Shown here: piece by piece, positions 1 to 13,854 of the stretch | How the letters are laid out: each line of letters starts with the position of its first letter | Position numbering within the stretch: the stretch's first letter is position 1 | Assembly (NCBI GenBank): GCA_964016885.1 | Contig: OZ024741.1 | Span: 156,860,001 to 156,924,000 of the forward strand | DNA from: Eledone cirrhosa | Lineage: Eukaryota | Length of the DNA: 64,000 nt | Direction: 5' to 3' | Position numbers and translations under genes: made by a program | The notes under the pieces: model-generated | Databases searched by the model: none | The model's input: only the letters and a program-made list of their open reading frames with translations | What the model was told of the DNA's origin: nothing

Positions 1-411
1 TTAATAACATACGTTAGATAGCAAGACAAATTGAAAACTGACCAGGTAAGCCTGACCACAGCAACGAAAAAACTTTTAGGTTAGATAATCTATACATGTC
101 TATGCATACATATTTTTCTAGAATTGTATGTGCTCACACATATAGATATATACAATTATGCATATATGCAGCTGTAAGTATATAAGAGTATATATATGTG
201 CGTGCGTGTGTGTGTGTGTACATGTATATGTGTATGAATATATATATATGTGTGTGTATGTATATCTACGTATGGAGGTAAGCCTATATAAGTATATGTA
301 TGTCTATCTATGTGTGTAAATGTGGCCCTATATATATATACATGTATTTATAAGTGGATAAATGCTGTTTATTTAAATTTGTTTAATATATTCCTAGAAA
401 AGAAATATAAT

Positions 412-511
412 TGTTTCTACTTTTGGCACAAGGCCAGCAATTACCCAGTACATTACTGGTACTTTATTTTATCGACCCCGTAAGGATGAAAGGCAAAGTT
501 TACCTCGGCGG
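412..511 (-). mobile_element. 5'-truncated tRNA-derived SINE (MetaSINE-like core), 15-bp TSD
   Basis: Matches the 3' half of full copies (3380-3570, 49912-50100); GAAAAGAAATATAAT at 397-411 and 512-526. Confidence 0.85.
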
Positions 512-913
512 GAAAAGAAATATAATGTTCAGAAAAGAAATATAGTGTTCAGGAATTTGTTCACTGTATTTAGAAGTAAATTAATTTTTTAGGGTTTTTG
601 AATAAACATTTGATTTAAAAGATAATTTTTCCATTTATATACTTCATTATATGTCTGCATTTCCATAACTTTCTCTTCAAACCAATATAACATATAACCA
701 CATTGAGCTAATTCTCAAAAGACGTGGCAATTACATAATATCATGTATAATTCTCTACTTTCCTTTGAGTCTTCTATATTTAGTTGTACCTTTGCTACTT
801 ATATATGTACATATATGTATGTGAGGGGGGTATGTGTGTGTATCTCTAATGGTCGTCTGATGAGATGAGACTTCTATGTGATCTGTATTCATTCATTTTC
901 CTGTATTCGCCCT

Positions 914-949
<36 letters not shown>

Positions 950-1277
950 GAAGTTGCGTGTGTTGGACTGTTGTTTCTAACCAATACACTCATACCACTT
1001 TTGACTTGTGGCCACGAGGTGATGAATTCATTTTTCTGTGTGAACGTTGGTACTAGGTGTTTGTCGCATTTAATCAGATTCTCTCGCTGATGATGCCCAT
1101 GGATTATCTGTTCGAGAGATATAATTGTTATTGAGGCGGTTTGTATAATATAATTTAATTTAATTTTATCAATCATTCTGTCTGCTTCATGGTTAAATAT
1201 GTAAAACAAATGTGGTCTTTCAACCCTAGTAATATTAGAAACACGATTTACTGTGTTTCTTGCTACATATATATTAT

Positions 1278-1351
<74 letters not shown>

Positions 1352-1354
<3 letters not shown>

Positions 1355-1665
1355 TATAAATGTATCGAACTAGACAAACTGAGTTTGTGCAAGTACGTTG
1401 CATTTTCCCCCTCGCTCAATGAATTCACGGGACACTTCCGAAGCGTCAGTCCGTGATTCAGAGCGTACACATTTAGTTATTAGTGGTAAGTTCGGGATTA
1501 ATTGCGGGTGTAAACAATTTAGCCCGGACTAAACGAAATCGTTGATTTCTACTCCGTGTCCTGAGCACTGCGGTGTAATAATTGCAACCAGTACACAGAA
1601 GCTACGCATTAAATCCAAAATTATTCGGAAGGAATGGACGCGGCCAGAATCAACACAGAATTATA
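1352..1665 (-). mobile_element. Fragment of non-coding PLE-related element between TA repeats
   Basis: Carries GCTC-TGA...TCA-TT-GAGC bulged hairpin (1414-1464, minus) shared with the 19k/30k/41k/58k elements. Confidence 0.5.
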
Positions 1666-1959
1666 TATATTTAATTATATAATTGACAGCAACAAATTCC
1701 CTAGGTGAATGAAGGCTTCCACCGAAAATCTTAAACTCAATGTATTTCATCACATATCGTGTGAAATGAAACTTCCCAGGTAAATTAAATGGCTCTTAAC
1801 TCCTGGTGCTGACGTGCACTTTTCTGACACATGTAGTGTCTAGGGTATTTTAAACCTAGTGGAGTCTATCCCTTTTCAGTCCGTATAACAGCCAATGTCT
1901 TCCAGAGAAAGAAAGAGAGACTTGGTCGGAAAGGGATAAAGAGAATACAGGAATAATCG

Positions 1960-2110
1960 ACTCAGTACTGTAATGGTTCTTTATTTATCGCTCTTGAAAT
2001 GATGAAAATTAAAGTTGACCTTAGCGGGAGGATTTTAAAGCAGAGTACAGTGAGCTGAAATAAATACTAGGACATATACAACCCCACTCCAACGTATTAA
2101 CGTCTCCGCA
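1960..2110 (-). mobile_element. Old diverged SINE copy
   Basis: Degenerate match to SINE core (tttatcg...gatgaaa...aaagttgacct). Confidence 0.55.
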
Positions 2111-2658
2111 GGTAGCAATATATTCAGTTGGGTTCGTCAGAATCGCTGGTCATGCAGTGATATCCGAAAGTGAATATGATTAAGGTGATAGAGACCCCAA
2201 TTACAATGGTATAGAAAAGTAAATGGTCTTGGTGAATTCTTCTAATTTTTGGTTGCTTTACTAGGAATCTATTCCTAGGCGAAAAGGCTTGTGAAGTTTT
2301 CTTGTTTTAAATTACTTTACTGTGAATCTCCCCATCGGTGACTATGTATAAGATATATATGTATATGCTTCTCTGAATTAGAATATTTTAGCGATCTTTT
2401 CATGGAGATGTCTTGTATATTGGCGACAAACAACTTTCTCTATGATATATGCTACTTCTTAAATGTTGAGTTGATAGACGTTTTATATTGTGAGCTATTT
2501 CTAGCGCCATTTTCAACTCGTCACATTGTCCGTGACATACAAATATTTACTTTGTTATTCGATCTGCGCATGCGTTGGTTTTGTGCACTAAGCTAGGATA
2601 GACGCCGTTCACTAATAGGTTTATATATTCTTTTGTATTTTATTATACCATAAAAGAA

Positions 2659-2753
2659 CCCCTCTGATGAAAGATCTACTTGCAGTTTTAGACTGTCTTA
2701 ATATATTGAGGTGGTCAATTCTGTTTCTTGGTACTGGAAACTGCAGTAAGGGG
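2659..2753 (+). ncRNA. Candidate type I hammerhead ribozyme in a PLE terminal remnant
   Basis: CCCCT-CTGATGA...GAAAC-TGCA-GTA-AGGGG: 5-bp stem I, palindromic loop III; stem II long and poorly paired. Confidence 0.55.
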
Positions 2754-2971
2754 ACATAGTGAAACCTTCTCACAACAGAAACACAAACCCCTCCATCTGA
2801 GTTTTACTTTTGAAAAGCATAAGAACTGTGAAACCGGTAAAGTAAATAAATGTATATTCTTAAAAGACTCCAGTTGCATTTTCAATTTCTTTTCCTTATA
2901 CTTTCATCGGTCTAGGACATCTCGTTTTTTTTTTCGTTTTTTTAAACAAAAACCTCATTTTCTTATATATA

Positions 2972-3056
<85 letters not shown>

Positions 3057-3059
<3 letters not shown>

Positions 3060-3340
3060 AGGGAGTGTAACTTGGAGTTACTGTAGGTTCACCCGGGTGA
3101 GCACTCGATGTTTAGGTTCACTTCAGTGTCGAGGTGTAGAGCTATACAGAGTGTATTATAGTTAAATAAGATAACAAGAACGATTGGTTACTCCTTCATT
3201 ACGTTTATTGGTTGGTGACGCGTGTTTCTCCACTGACCAGCTCAAGGTTCGATATGTATCGATCTGACCTGACTCTCTAACCCGCGGCTCGTCAGACTCC
3301 ATGTAATGTTAATTCCAAAATATAGGGAGAATTAAATCAC
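3057..3340 (-). mobile_element. PLE 3' terminus (degenerate hammerhead 3215-3297 plus tail) in (TA)n
   Basis: Minus strand: CTGACGA...GAAAC-ACGC-GTC then AATAAA; bulged hairpin CACTC-TGT...ACA-TC-GAGTG at 3102-3153. Confidence 0.6.
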
Positions 3341-3379
3341 TTTCAAGGTAACTCTATCTCGTGTTATTATGTTTACAAA

Positions 3380-3570
3380 GGGTGGTGGATTGGCAGTATC
3401 GGTAGAGTGTCGGACGCCATGCTTTGACGCATAGTTACGTCCCTTTACGATCTGAGTTCAAATCCCGCCGAGGTTGACTTTACCTTTCATCCTTACGGGG
3501 TCGATAAAATAAAGTACCAGTAATGCACTGGGTAATTTGCTGGCCTTGTGCCTAAAGTAGAAACAGTTAT
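3380..3570 (+). mobile_element. Full-length tRNA-derived SINE
   Basis: A-box-like TGGCAGTATCGG, B-box GAGTTCAAATCC, core CCTTTCATCCTTACGGGGTCGATAAAAT; TSD GTTATTATGTTTACA at 3363-3377 and 3566-3580. Confidence 0.9.
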
Positions 3571-3702
3571 TATGTTTACACTCTTTCTTACGTTCCTCTA
3601 CATCCTATACGTCTCATTCTACATTTCTTCTTACTCTACATTTCTCTCATTACTACCTGATTCTGTTACTCGGAGATTTACCCATCTGCTTCCAAAACGA
3701 CC

Positions 3703-3739
<37 letters not shown>

Positions 3740-3742
<3 letters not shown>

Positions 3743-3941
3743 GAAAAGGTTCAGGACCCGACAGCAGAGCTCAAGCCGTTTCGACGGCTATATCTGGACT
3801 GGAGTCCATAAATACCCGTCGAAACGGCTTGACCTCTACCGTCTGGGTCCTGAACTTTTTCCTTTTACCCACTCTACTACCCAAAGTATCGAGTACTCTG
3901 GTTCGTTATGGTCCACCTGGTTCCTTACCACACTTCCTTCG

Positions 3942-3945
<4 letters not shown>
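3740..3945 (+). mobile_element. ~200-bp fold-back mini-PLE (inverted plus direct terminal piece of the 19.8-23.1k Naiad family)
   Basis: ~60-bp inverted arm then 3' pLTR end and tail homologous to 22982-23122; flanked by (TA)n. Confidence 0.85.
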
Positions 3946-3989
<44 letters not shown>

Positions 3990-3994
<5 letters not shown>

Positions 3995-5452
3995 CGTTTC
4001 TGAATTTGTTTAAAAGATTCTTTATCTGAAAACGTGTGTTGAAACCGATATTGTTATACTTTGGGGTGGCCATGTTGCCAATAAGAAACACACGCACCAG
4101 TTGCTTTCACTCCAATTTATTATAAATTAAATTATAAATTTCCGGTTGGTTGGTTGGTTCCACAACCAGACGATTGTTCATATATTGTCAACGTTCTTTC
4201 GTCACACATTCTGTGACCTCTTCAATGACTGGGGATTCTTTTCTTTGTTTTGTGTTCTCCTTTGTTCTGTCCTACGCCATCTTGTTTTTTGTGTGTGTTG
4301 TGTGCTAAGTTTGCGCATGTGTTACATCCGGGTGTCTGTGTGTGTTTTATTTGTTTATTTATTTATTTACATGTTACTGGTTGGTTGTTTGTTTATGTGT
4401 GTGTGTGTTTTCATTTTGTCCTTAATTGTAAGTTGTGATGTTGCTATTCCATTCATGTTTTCTATTTAATTTTGGTTGGAGTTCATTTATGTTTATTGCC
4501 TCTGTGATTTGTCTAAACATTGCGTCTTTTCTGTGTGTAGATTCTATTTTTATTTCTATGTTCTCTAATTTGCCCTTATGTTCTATTTTACCATGTTGGT
4601 GGAGTACTGATGATTCTTTTCTATCTTGAGCTCTCGCCGGTGTTCATTTAATCGTTCTCCTATACTACGAGCTGTCTCACCTATGTACACTATATTCTTA
4701 TCTTTACATTGTCCTTCAGTACATCTTATGCTATATACTATGTTTCTAGTTTTACAGTTAATATGGAGGCTTAGTTTACAGATTATGCATTTCTTATCTA
4801 TACAGGGAGGTCTTTGAAAAGGGTATGTATTACTAATAAGTGTATTTTATGGAGGTACCTGGTTTTTCTACTATCTTAATATTTAGTTTAAGTTTATCTA
4901 GGGCCCTTCTAAATGTGTAAGCTAGTTCACCTCTGGGGGTTGTATTGATGAACATTACACTCTGGTATTTATTGCTATCATACCATGAGTTTATTCTATT
5001 AACCTTATTCCTAGTTCTTTCTATTCTATTCCAAAATTTGTTCCTATACAAGGGGCAGGTCCCATTTGTATCATTATTTACCATATTTTCCCATTTGGTT
5101 CTGGCTTCTCTATATACTCTGATAAATAAATAAACAAATAAAAACACACACAGACACCCGGATGTAACACATGCGCAAACTAAGCACACAACACACACAA
5201 AAACAAGATGGCGTAGGACAGAACAAAGGAGAGGCAGAAAACAAAGAAAAGAATCCCCAGTCACTGAAGAGGTCACAGAATGTGTGATGAAAGAACTTTG
5301 CCAATATATGAAAAACCGTCCGGTTGTGGAACCAACCAACCGGAAATTTATAAATTTTTAAGTTTATAATTTAATTTATAATAAATTGGAGTGAAAGCAA
5401 CTGGTGCGTGTGTTTCTTATTGGTAAAATGACCCTCCCAAAGTATAACAATA
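3990..5452 (-). mobile_element. 5'-truncated non-Naiad Penelope-like element with inverted pLTR
   Basis: 5122-5452 is the reverse complement of ~4048-4367; CTGAAGA-g-GTCACA...TGTGAC-GAAA hammerhead-like motif in both arms; in (TA)n. Confidence 0.85.
4520..5110 (-). pseudogene. PLE C-terminal linker and GIY-YIG endonuclease fragment
   Basis: Translates to SVMFINTTPRGELA...IVEKPGTSIK and YSIRCTEGQC...VYIGETARSIGERLNEH; frameshifted. Confidence 0.8.
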
Positions 5453-5458
5453 TATATA

Positions 5459-5541
<83 letters not shown>

Positions 5542-6097
5542 CAGTTGTGAAGCAATCAACCAACTATGCTGTAAGCAGACGTAGAGCTCATCACATCGTG
5601 GGTACCATAATGCATTACGTATATGGTATCAGACGGAGTATCCATATTAAGTTTATTATATCACACATATTAAGTACATTTCAAAGACATCAAAAAGTCA
5701 TTATATACCAGTTATCCGATGCGTTGTCGTCAAACAGGCGTTTAAATGTAAATAAAATTTGTTTTTTGATATGCTAGCCCTTGAATAGATGTTGACATTT
5801 CGGTTTCAGTCGTTTATTTCTATCTTGCATTGTACTATCTTTTATAAAACAATCCTGTAAACCATTTTTTTGTTAAAATGAGTTCAAATACTGGATTACT
5901 AATAGAAATTCCTCCAAATTCTTGATTATTTGAAAGATTTGGACAGTGTAATTCATTGGAAATGCGGTCCAAAAGAGTTATACCATTCGTTACTATATTT
6001 CAAATGAAGGACACTGCTTACGATTTTGAAATAAACTTGAAATAGTCAAGAATTTAATTATTTAACAGACTTTCTCATTATTACGTTAGTGTTTAAA

Positions 6098-6188
6098 TTT
6101 GTCTTTCATCCTTACGGGGTCGATAAAATAAAGTACCAGTAATACACTGGGTGATTGCTTGCCTTGTGCCACAAGTAGAAACATTTAT
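6098..6188 (+). mobile_element. 5'-truncated SINE
   Basis: 3' half of the SINE consensus; TTATTA-GTTAGTGTT-like TSD. Confidence 0.8.
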
Positions 6189-6674
6189 TAAGTTAGTGTT
6201 AGAAAAATATCATAACAAATGTTCACACATAATTTTAAGATAAATATAAACACTTTAAAATAAACAGCTAGTACTGTAGAACCAAGGGGCAGTTTCAAGT
6301 ATCAAAAGGGTGGTTTTTACATAACACGGAAGGTATTTACATATATATAAACACCGTAAAAATACAGTTTACATTGTCGAACCCAGGAGCAAATTCAGAT
6401 CTTTAAAAGATTCGAAAATTTGTTGGGTTTTTTTCGAAGAATGTTTCGGTTTCTTGTCAGAAACTGCTTCAAGCAATTTATTGTGAACGAGTTAAAAATA
6501 ATCATGAGAAAAGATGCACATAGCATTGTGGTGCCAACATATGCAACACAGTGCCATTAGCTATGAATAATACTTCTCTGAATACACTAAACTTTAAAAA
6601 CAAAATGTTTTTTATGTTCGTTGTATGTATATATATATATATATATATTATAAGAACATTATTTCGTTTTCTAT

Positions 6675-7915
<1,241 letters not shown>

Positions 7916-8099
7916 CACGTGTTTGTGTGTTTGTCTGTTTGTTTTTCATTTTTAACCTTGCACGATTGCACACTCTACCACTTTTCATCAATTTTGTTGT
8001 TTTTCTATTTAGAAGTACCCTAGGTTGTATGTACACTACCTTTTATATGTGAATTCAGTCGAAAAATAATAAATACACTGTAGAGACAAGATGGCCTAA

Positions 8100-8662
8100 A
8101 TGCAGAACAATATCCAGCAACGCAACAGATTCAGCAAGGCTCCTTTAAAAAACACCACAAAAGATATCCAAAGAATACTTATTGAAAACGGCCACCTAGC
8201 ATTTCTCACCAAACACCAAGAGGTCAACATACCTCCAAGGAGAGAATGCAGTCATAGGGATAGCATATATTATCATCTAAACTGTTGCTTCTATCTACCA
8301 AGCTCTCAGTGGGGGAAGGTTTGAACATAGAACTGTCTCACTTAATATATTTTCTGAACAGACTACTCACCAAACCCGACCAACATACATCGGCAATATA
8401 TGCACACTCCTTATCTGTCCTATTATTAATGCAGAAATGTGTATGAGGTAATAAGGTGTTTACAGGGCTACATGCAAACTGTATAGATAAAAAAGCACAT
8501 AGAGAATGCCACATCCAAGATATTGAGGTTAACATAGAGGTCACGGAGGGTAAATATGGTAGTTTGCAAATAAAAGAGACTCGTCTTATAAAGAGGCATA
8601 GACCAAACATTAACAACAGATCTGATATACTTGGAGCAGACTATCAGCTTACCAATGTTTAA
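8100..8662 (+). pseudogene. Decayed PLE GIY-YIG C-terminal fragment
   Basis: LQIKETRLIKRHRPNINNR motif typical of PLE endonuclease end. Confidence 0.55.
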
Positions 8663-8865
8663 TTTTCTTCAACGATCAATCACTCAAAAGAAATTCGACC
8701 GTTTTTACTCCGATCGACATTTGAAAAATGTTCTGCTCTAAATGTTGTTTTGTTCTATAAGAATAATAGAACAAAACAACATTTAACCTGATATTTATAT
8801 TTCCTATTTGCACTGTGCTGGCTTTCCTAATACTTTCTTTATTACGTATATATATTATATATATA

Positions 8866-10060
8866 AGTAGAAGGGGTATTTAATTTGTTGGAAGTCCGAC
8901 AAATATAAATGTTTATAACTGATTTAGAGTACTCAACAAGTTACTGGAGTAAATATTCAAAGATATTAAATACATGGAAAATATATTTATAAAACCATAT
9001 TTATTTTATTATATATATTTCAAGGGTACCAAGACAACATTGGTACGCTTTCATCAGATAAAATATAAAGTTTGTTTTATAAATAGAGACGTACCCATGA
9101 AAATCATACCTTATCGGTTGGAAATTCACTGGATAGTGGAAATATATTAGGGATTATTCAAACTAATGTGTGAATATGCAAATGAATATGTAAATAATTG
9201 AAAAACAACCGTTTATTTAAACGACTATGGAGAAAGAGAGAGAGAATATATACGGGGAGAAAGATAAAAAAATAGTACGAGAGAGAGAAGAAATAAACAA
9301 GAGAGGATGAATAAAACTCATATAACGTTAATTTGGGGAAAATATATTCTAAGTATATATCTTAATAGTACATGTATTTACTATTATTAGTTGTTTAAAA
9401 TTCGTTTATAATATAATATTTTCTGTTATAAGTAGATAAATAAATAAATAAATAAATAAATAAATAGATAAATAAATAAATAGATGGGTATATGATGTTA
9501 TAGATAATTGTTTTAATGAGTTATGAGGGATATTGGTTTTGTATTTAATGTAAATAAATATTAAGTTAAATTAAATTAAATTAACTGAGTTAATAAGAAT
9601 ATTTATATTTATATATTTTAAAATCGGAAAATAAGAAAAAACTCCAGTTTAATTTATTTATTCGATAGTATGAGACTATTTAGTCAAAATAAGTATAAAT
9701 GTTGAAAGATATATTTAGCCAGAATCAGTTAGTGGTTATAAATCTAATAAAAAATATTGAAAAAATATTAAAAATTTGAGAAAATTTTTTTTTTTAATAA
9801 TTTATAAGAGATAAGTAATTTTTAAAGAAATAAAAATTAAAGAAATAAAAATAAAGAATTAAAAATTAAGATTAAAATTACAATTAAAATTAAAATTTAA
9901 AAAAAAATAGAATTATATATGTATACATTTTATGCAACATTAAGAAGTGGAATTATAGCAAATGTTATAGATATTATGATTTAGAGATATCAATATATTA
10001 AAACCAAGTGGATAAAATTGTTATGGAAATAAGTAGAAATATTATAAGTATAATTATGAT
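8866..10060 (-). mobile_element. Naiad-type pLTR/3' UTR with tail (right boundary approximate)
   Basis: Hammerhead at 9003-9064 and tail resembling those at 53573-53767; homologous to 29573-29846. Confidence 0.65.
9003..9064 (-). ncRNA. Minimal type I hammerhead ribozyme
   Basis: ATTTTAT-CTGATGA-AAGcGTACCAA/TTGGTACcCTT-GAAAT-ATAT-ATA-ATAAAAT; covaries with 29704-29766. Confidence 0.85.
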
Positions 10061-10125
10061 TTATATATAGTTCTGATTGTTGAATTCAGGCGATGTCTAC
10101 AAGAATTAAATAAATTCGTTCTTAG

Positions 10126-10195
<70 letters not shown>

Positions 10196-10340
10196 GGGTA
10201 TGACATTAAACTACATCCAGTGGTAAGGCTCTAGTTCGGGAGTTCAGGAGCTATATAGTTCTGAATGTTGAATTCAGGGCGATGTCTACAAGAATTAAAT
10301 AAATTCGTTCTTAGATTATATATATATATATATATATATA

Positions 10341-13300
10341 TGTCCTGGGTATGACATTAAACTACATCCAGTGGCAAGGCTCCAGTTCGGGAGTTCAGGA
10401 GCTGTGGGGAATGTGGAGTTACCCCTTAGTTGTCATAACTCCCAGGCAGGTCTGCTCTGGCCCGGAGTAATAGTACCTGTTATGGCTCCCTTTATGGGTT
10501 AAATAACTACCTTATTCGAGTGGCGCCTGTAAGGTATTGTCAGCCATTGAAAAGAAATATGGAGAGTCGATCTAACAGCACTAGGGTTAGAGCCCCTAAT
10601 TAAACTGTCAACGAGCAGTCTGGTCGTTATGACTCTGCCGGCTTAGAGCCACAGAGAGGGCCAGTGGATGATGGATCAGCTGTCTCTGAGACAAATATAA
10701 AGATTGCAGTTTTGTCCTGCAGAAGAGCCATCAAAATGGGCACTTTGAATGTGAGGACTATTCGTACGCTGGAGAAGAGAGAGGAGTTGGGACATCTGTT
10801 CGAGGAAAGTGGTATACAGATACTTGCGATCCAAGAACACAGGATCCTACACGATGAGCCCGTGAGGAGTGTGATGATCGGGAAGAGGAGCCAGCTCATC
10901 ACTACATCGGCAGTGAGGAAAATGACCAATGCTGCAGTGGGAGGAGTGGGTTTTGTTTTCAGGACAAAATCCATTCTATTGGTGAGGGAAATAATGCATG
11001 TCTCCCCGCGAGTGTTGAGGGTGACCTTCAATGGAAACCCAAGACTGACAGTCATCTCAGCCGATAGTCCAACCGAGGGGGACAGTGATGTGAGTGCGGA
11101 AGAGTTCCATGAGGAGGTGTGTTGAGCTGTCAACACTACTCAAGCACACAACATCCTGCTTGTTTTGGAGGACTTCAATGCACATCTGAGTAAGGAGGGC
11201 AGTGAAGATCCTTGCTGGTACTTCCATAACACACCAACCGAAATGGAAGACTACTGAGAGACCCTGCTGGAGGCGAACTTGATAGCGACCAACCTAAGGT
11301 TTAGGAAGAATCCGGGGAAGATGTGGACCTACATCTCAGATATGCACCTGTCCAAGTCCCAGATTGATTTCATTCTGGTGAGGAAAAAGTGGCGGAATAG
11401 TGTTCTGAACACAGAACCATACAACTATTTCAGTACACTGGGTAGTGACCACCGGCTTGTTATGAGTGAGGTCCGGGTGAGCTTAAGAAAGAGCAAGGCT
11501 CAGCCCCGGGGAGCAATCTATGACTGGGGAGCTTTCAAAGAAGATGATAAGCTACAGGTGAGGTTCACAGTGGAAGTGAGGAATAGGTTCAGTGCTCTGT
11601 GTGGAGAGACAGAGGAGAGAAAGATTGGATGGACTGAGGAGAGTGTGACGAGAAGGTACGGGCACTTCACCAATGCAGTGGCGGAAGCAAGTGAAACCCT
11701 GGTGCCGAGGAAAAAGAACAAAAGGAAGCACGTCAGCTCTGCAAACCCAAAAGTGTGTGCAGCCAGAGAACACCTGAAAGCTGTCAAGGACCAATTCTAT
11801 GCTGATCCTACGGAGGAGAGGATGGAGACTGTGGAGGTGGTGAGGGAAGAACTCTGTACCGCTTACACTGAGGCCAGAGAGGAGGCACTGATAGAGAAGA
11901 TCAGAAGTGTGGAGAGAGCGGTTGACAGATCTGGATGTAAGGAGGGCTGGATGATCATCAACGAGATCACAGGGAGGAAGAGAAGGTGTTCGAGTCAGAT
12001 CCAGGGAACGGGGCCCGAAGATAGGAAGAGGAAATGGCTAGACCATTTTAGGACCCTACTAGGAGAGCCACCCTCCACAGCCCAGAGCACTGGGGAGATC
12101 AAGCTGCTGTTTGAGTAACTGGATATTGAGACAGAGCCCTTCACCAAAGAGGAGCTTCAGAGAGCAAAGAAGAGGATCAAGGAGGGCAAAGCTCATGGAG
12201 AAGATGGAGTGGCATCAGAGGTGATGAAGAGGTGTGATTTTGATGATATCCCCCTGGGGTTCTGTAACCGGGCACTGGAGAAAGGAGTTGCCCCGAATCA
12301 GTGGAGGATCAGTAACATCGTCCAAGTGCTCTCTAACACCAACAACTACAGGGGGATCTCACTGACGTCACTTGTGGCAAAGACCCTCAACAGGATGATT
12401 CTTAACAGGATCCAGCCTGAGATGGAGAAGAAGCTCAGGGACAACCAGAACGGCTTCAGAGAGGGTAGATCAACCACCAGTCACATCCTGATGCTGAGGA
12501 TGATATTAGAGGGAGCTAGAGCAAAGTGCCTTCCTGCGGTCATGGTTTTCATTGACTTTAGGATGTCCTTTGATTCTGTGGACCATCACTGCTTGATGAA
12601 GATCTTACAGGCTTATGGAATCCCCAAGAAGATAGTGGACCTGATATCACTGCTCTACACCAACACCAAAGCCCAATTCATTACATCTGATGGGATGACA
12701 GAGTTCTTTGAGATACTGGCTGGAGTGATCCAGGGAGATACATTGGTTCCCTACCTTTTTTATCATTGTAGTGGACTATTGAATGCGCCTTGCACTGGAG
12801 AAACACCAGGGCTCTGGCTTTACTGTAGCACCGGCTCAGAGCAGGAGAGTTAAGGCGAAAAATATATCAGATGCTGAATTTGCCGACGACATAGTTTTGG
12901 TGACAAATACAGTGAAGGAGGCAGAGGATTTGATGCGGGAGTTGAGACAGTGTCGATGAGTGTGGGGCTGAGAATGAATGAGACTAAAACAAAATATCTG
13001 GTAGAGAATGTTAAGAAGCCAGAGGGGATCATTAATGTAGGCGGGAAGCCGCTAGAATTGGTTGAGGGCTTCCTGTATTTGGGAGCAAAGAATGGGAATA
13101 CGGAAGATGATGTGTTTGAGAGGAAGGGCAAAGCCTGGGCAGCGTGCCACAGCTTGAGATCGGTGTGGAAGTCGGACCTTCGTAAAGACCTGAAAATCCG
13201 CCTCTTCATTGCTGTAGTGGAGTTTGTGCTGCTGTACGGGTCTGAGACTTGGACAGTGACGAAGAAACTCACTCAGATGGTGGATGGGTGCTACACGAGA

Positions 13301-13645
13301 ATGCTGAGGATGGCTCTGGACATTAATCAGTATACACTGAGGATGAAAAACTCAGAGCTGTATGGATGCCTCCCAAAAGTCAGCTCAAAAGTGACACAGA
13401 GGAGACAGAGGTTAGCTGGACATGCTCACCGACATCCAGAGTTGACATTGCACTCAGTGCTCCTGTGGGAGCCCCTACGTGGACACACTGGAATAGGAAG
13501 ACCAAGGTTAACTATGTTGATGCCCTAAGGACAGACACTGGCCTGTTGGAGACGCAGGACATGGCAGCGATAATGAGGGACAGAGACCGCTGGAGAGAAC
13601 TCTTCCATGGATCTCTGGATTTTACCCGCCCTAGATAGATAGATA
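10341..13645 (+). mobile_element. Near-full-length RTE-clade LINE, degenerate
   Basis: APE (GTLNVRT, AIQEHR, GDFNAH, IDFI, SDH) plus RT (NYRGISL, QNGFR, GVIQGD, EFADD-like) plus LLYGSETW thumb; (TAGA)n tail; 5' end locally duplicated at 10191-10250. Confidence 0.9.
10559..13638 (+). pseudogene. RTE APE-RT polyprotein pseudogene
   Basis: ORF pieces 10664-11125, 11279-12118, 12209-12853, 12950-13528 separated by stops and frameshifts. Confidence 0.9.
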
Positions 13646-13778
13646 TATGTGTGTGGGTGTGTGTGTGTGTTTGTGTGTGTGTTGGGAGGAGCAAATATAT
13701 ATATGTATATATAATTAAATATATATATATGATATAATATAATATAGTATATATATATATTATAATATATAATTATAT

Positions 13779-13850
<72 letters not shown>

Positions 13851-13854
<4 letters not shown>

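Noticed and set aside
857-900. CTGATGAG hammerhead start
   Set aside because: No downstream GAAA/stem III
1414-1464. SECIS-like element (ATGA...GA) on the plus strand
   Set aside because: Opposite to ribozyme sense, no Sec ORF; better explained by the bulged hairpin
878-1470. ORFs rich in YI/CV/NN repeats throughout the window
   Set aside because: Microsatellite read-through artefacts
3380-3470. tRNA gene
   Set aside because: A/B boxes belong to a multi-copy SINE with TSDs; no cloverleaf
10350-10425. Twister ribozyme in the RTE leader
   Set aside because: Pseudoknot T1 partner is not positioned after the conserved GA
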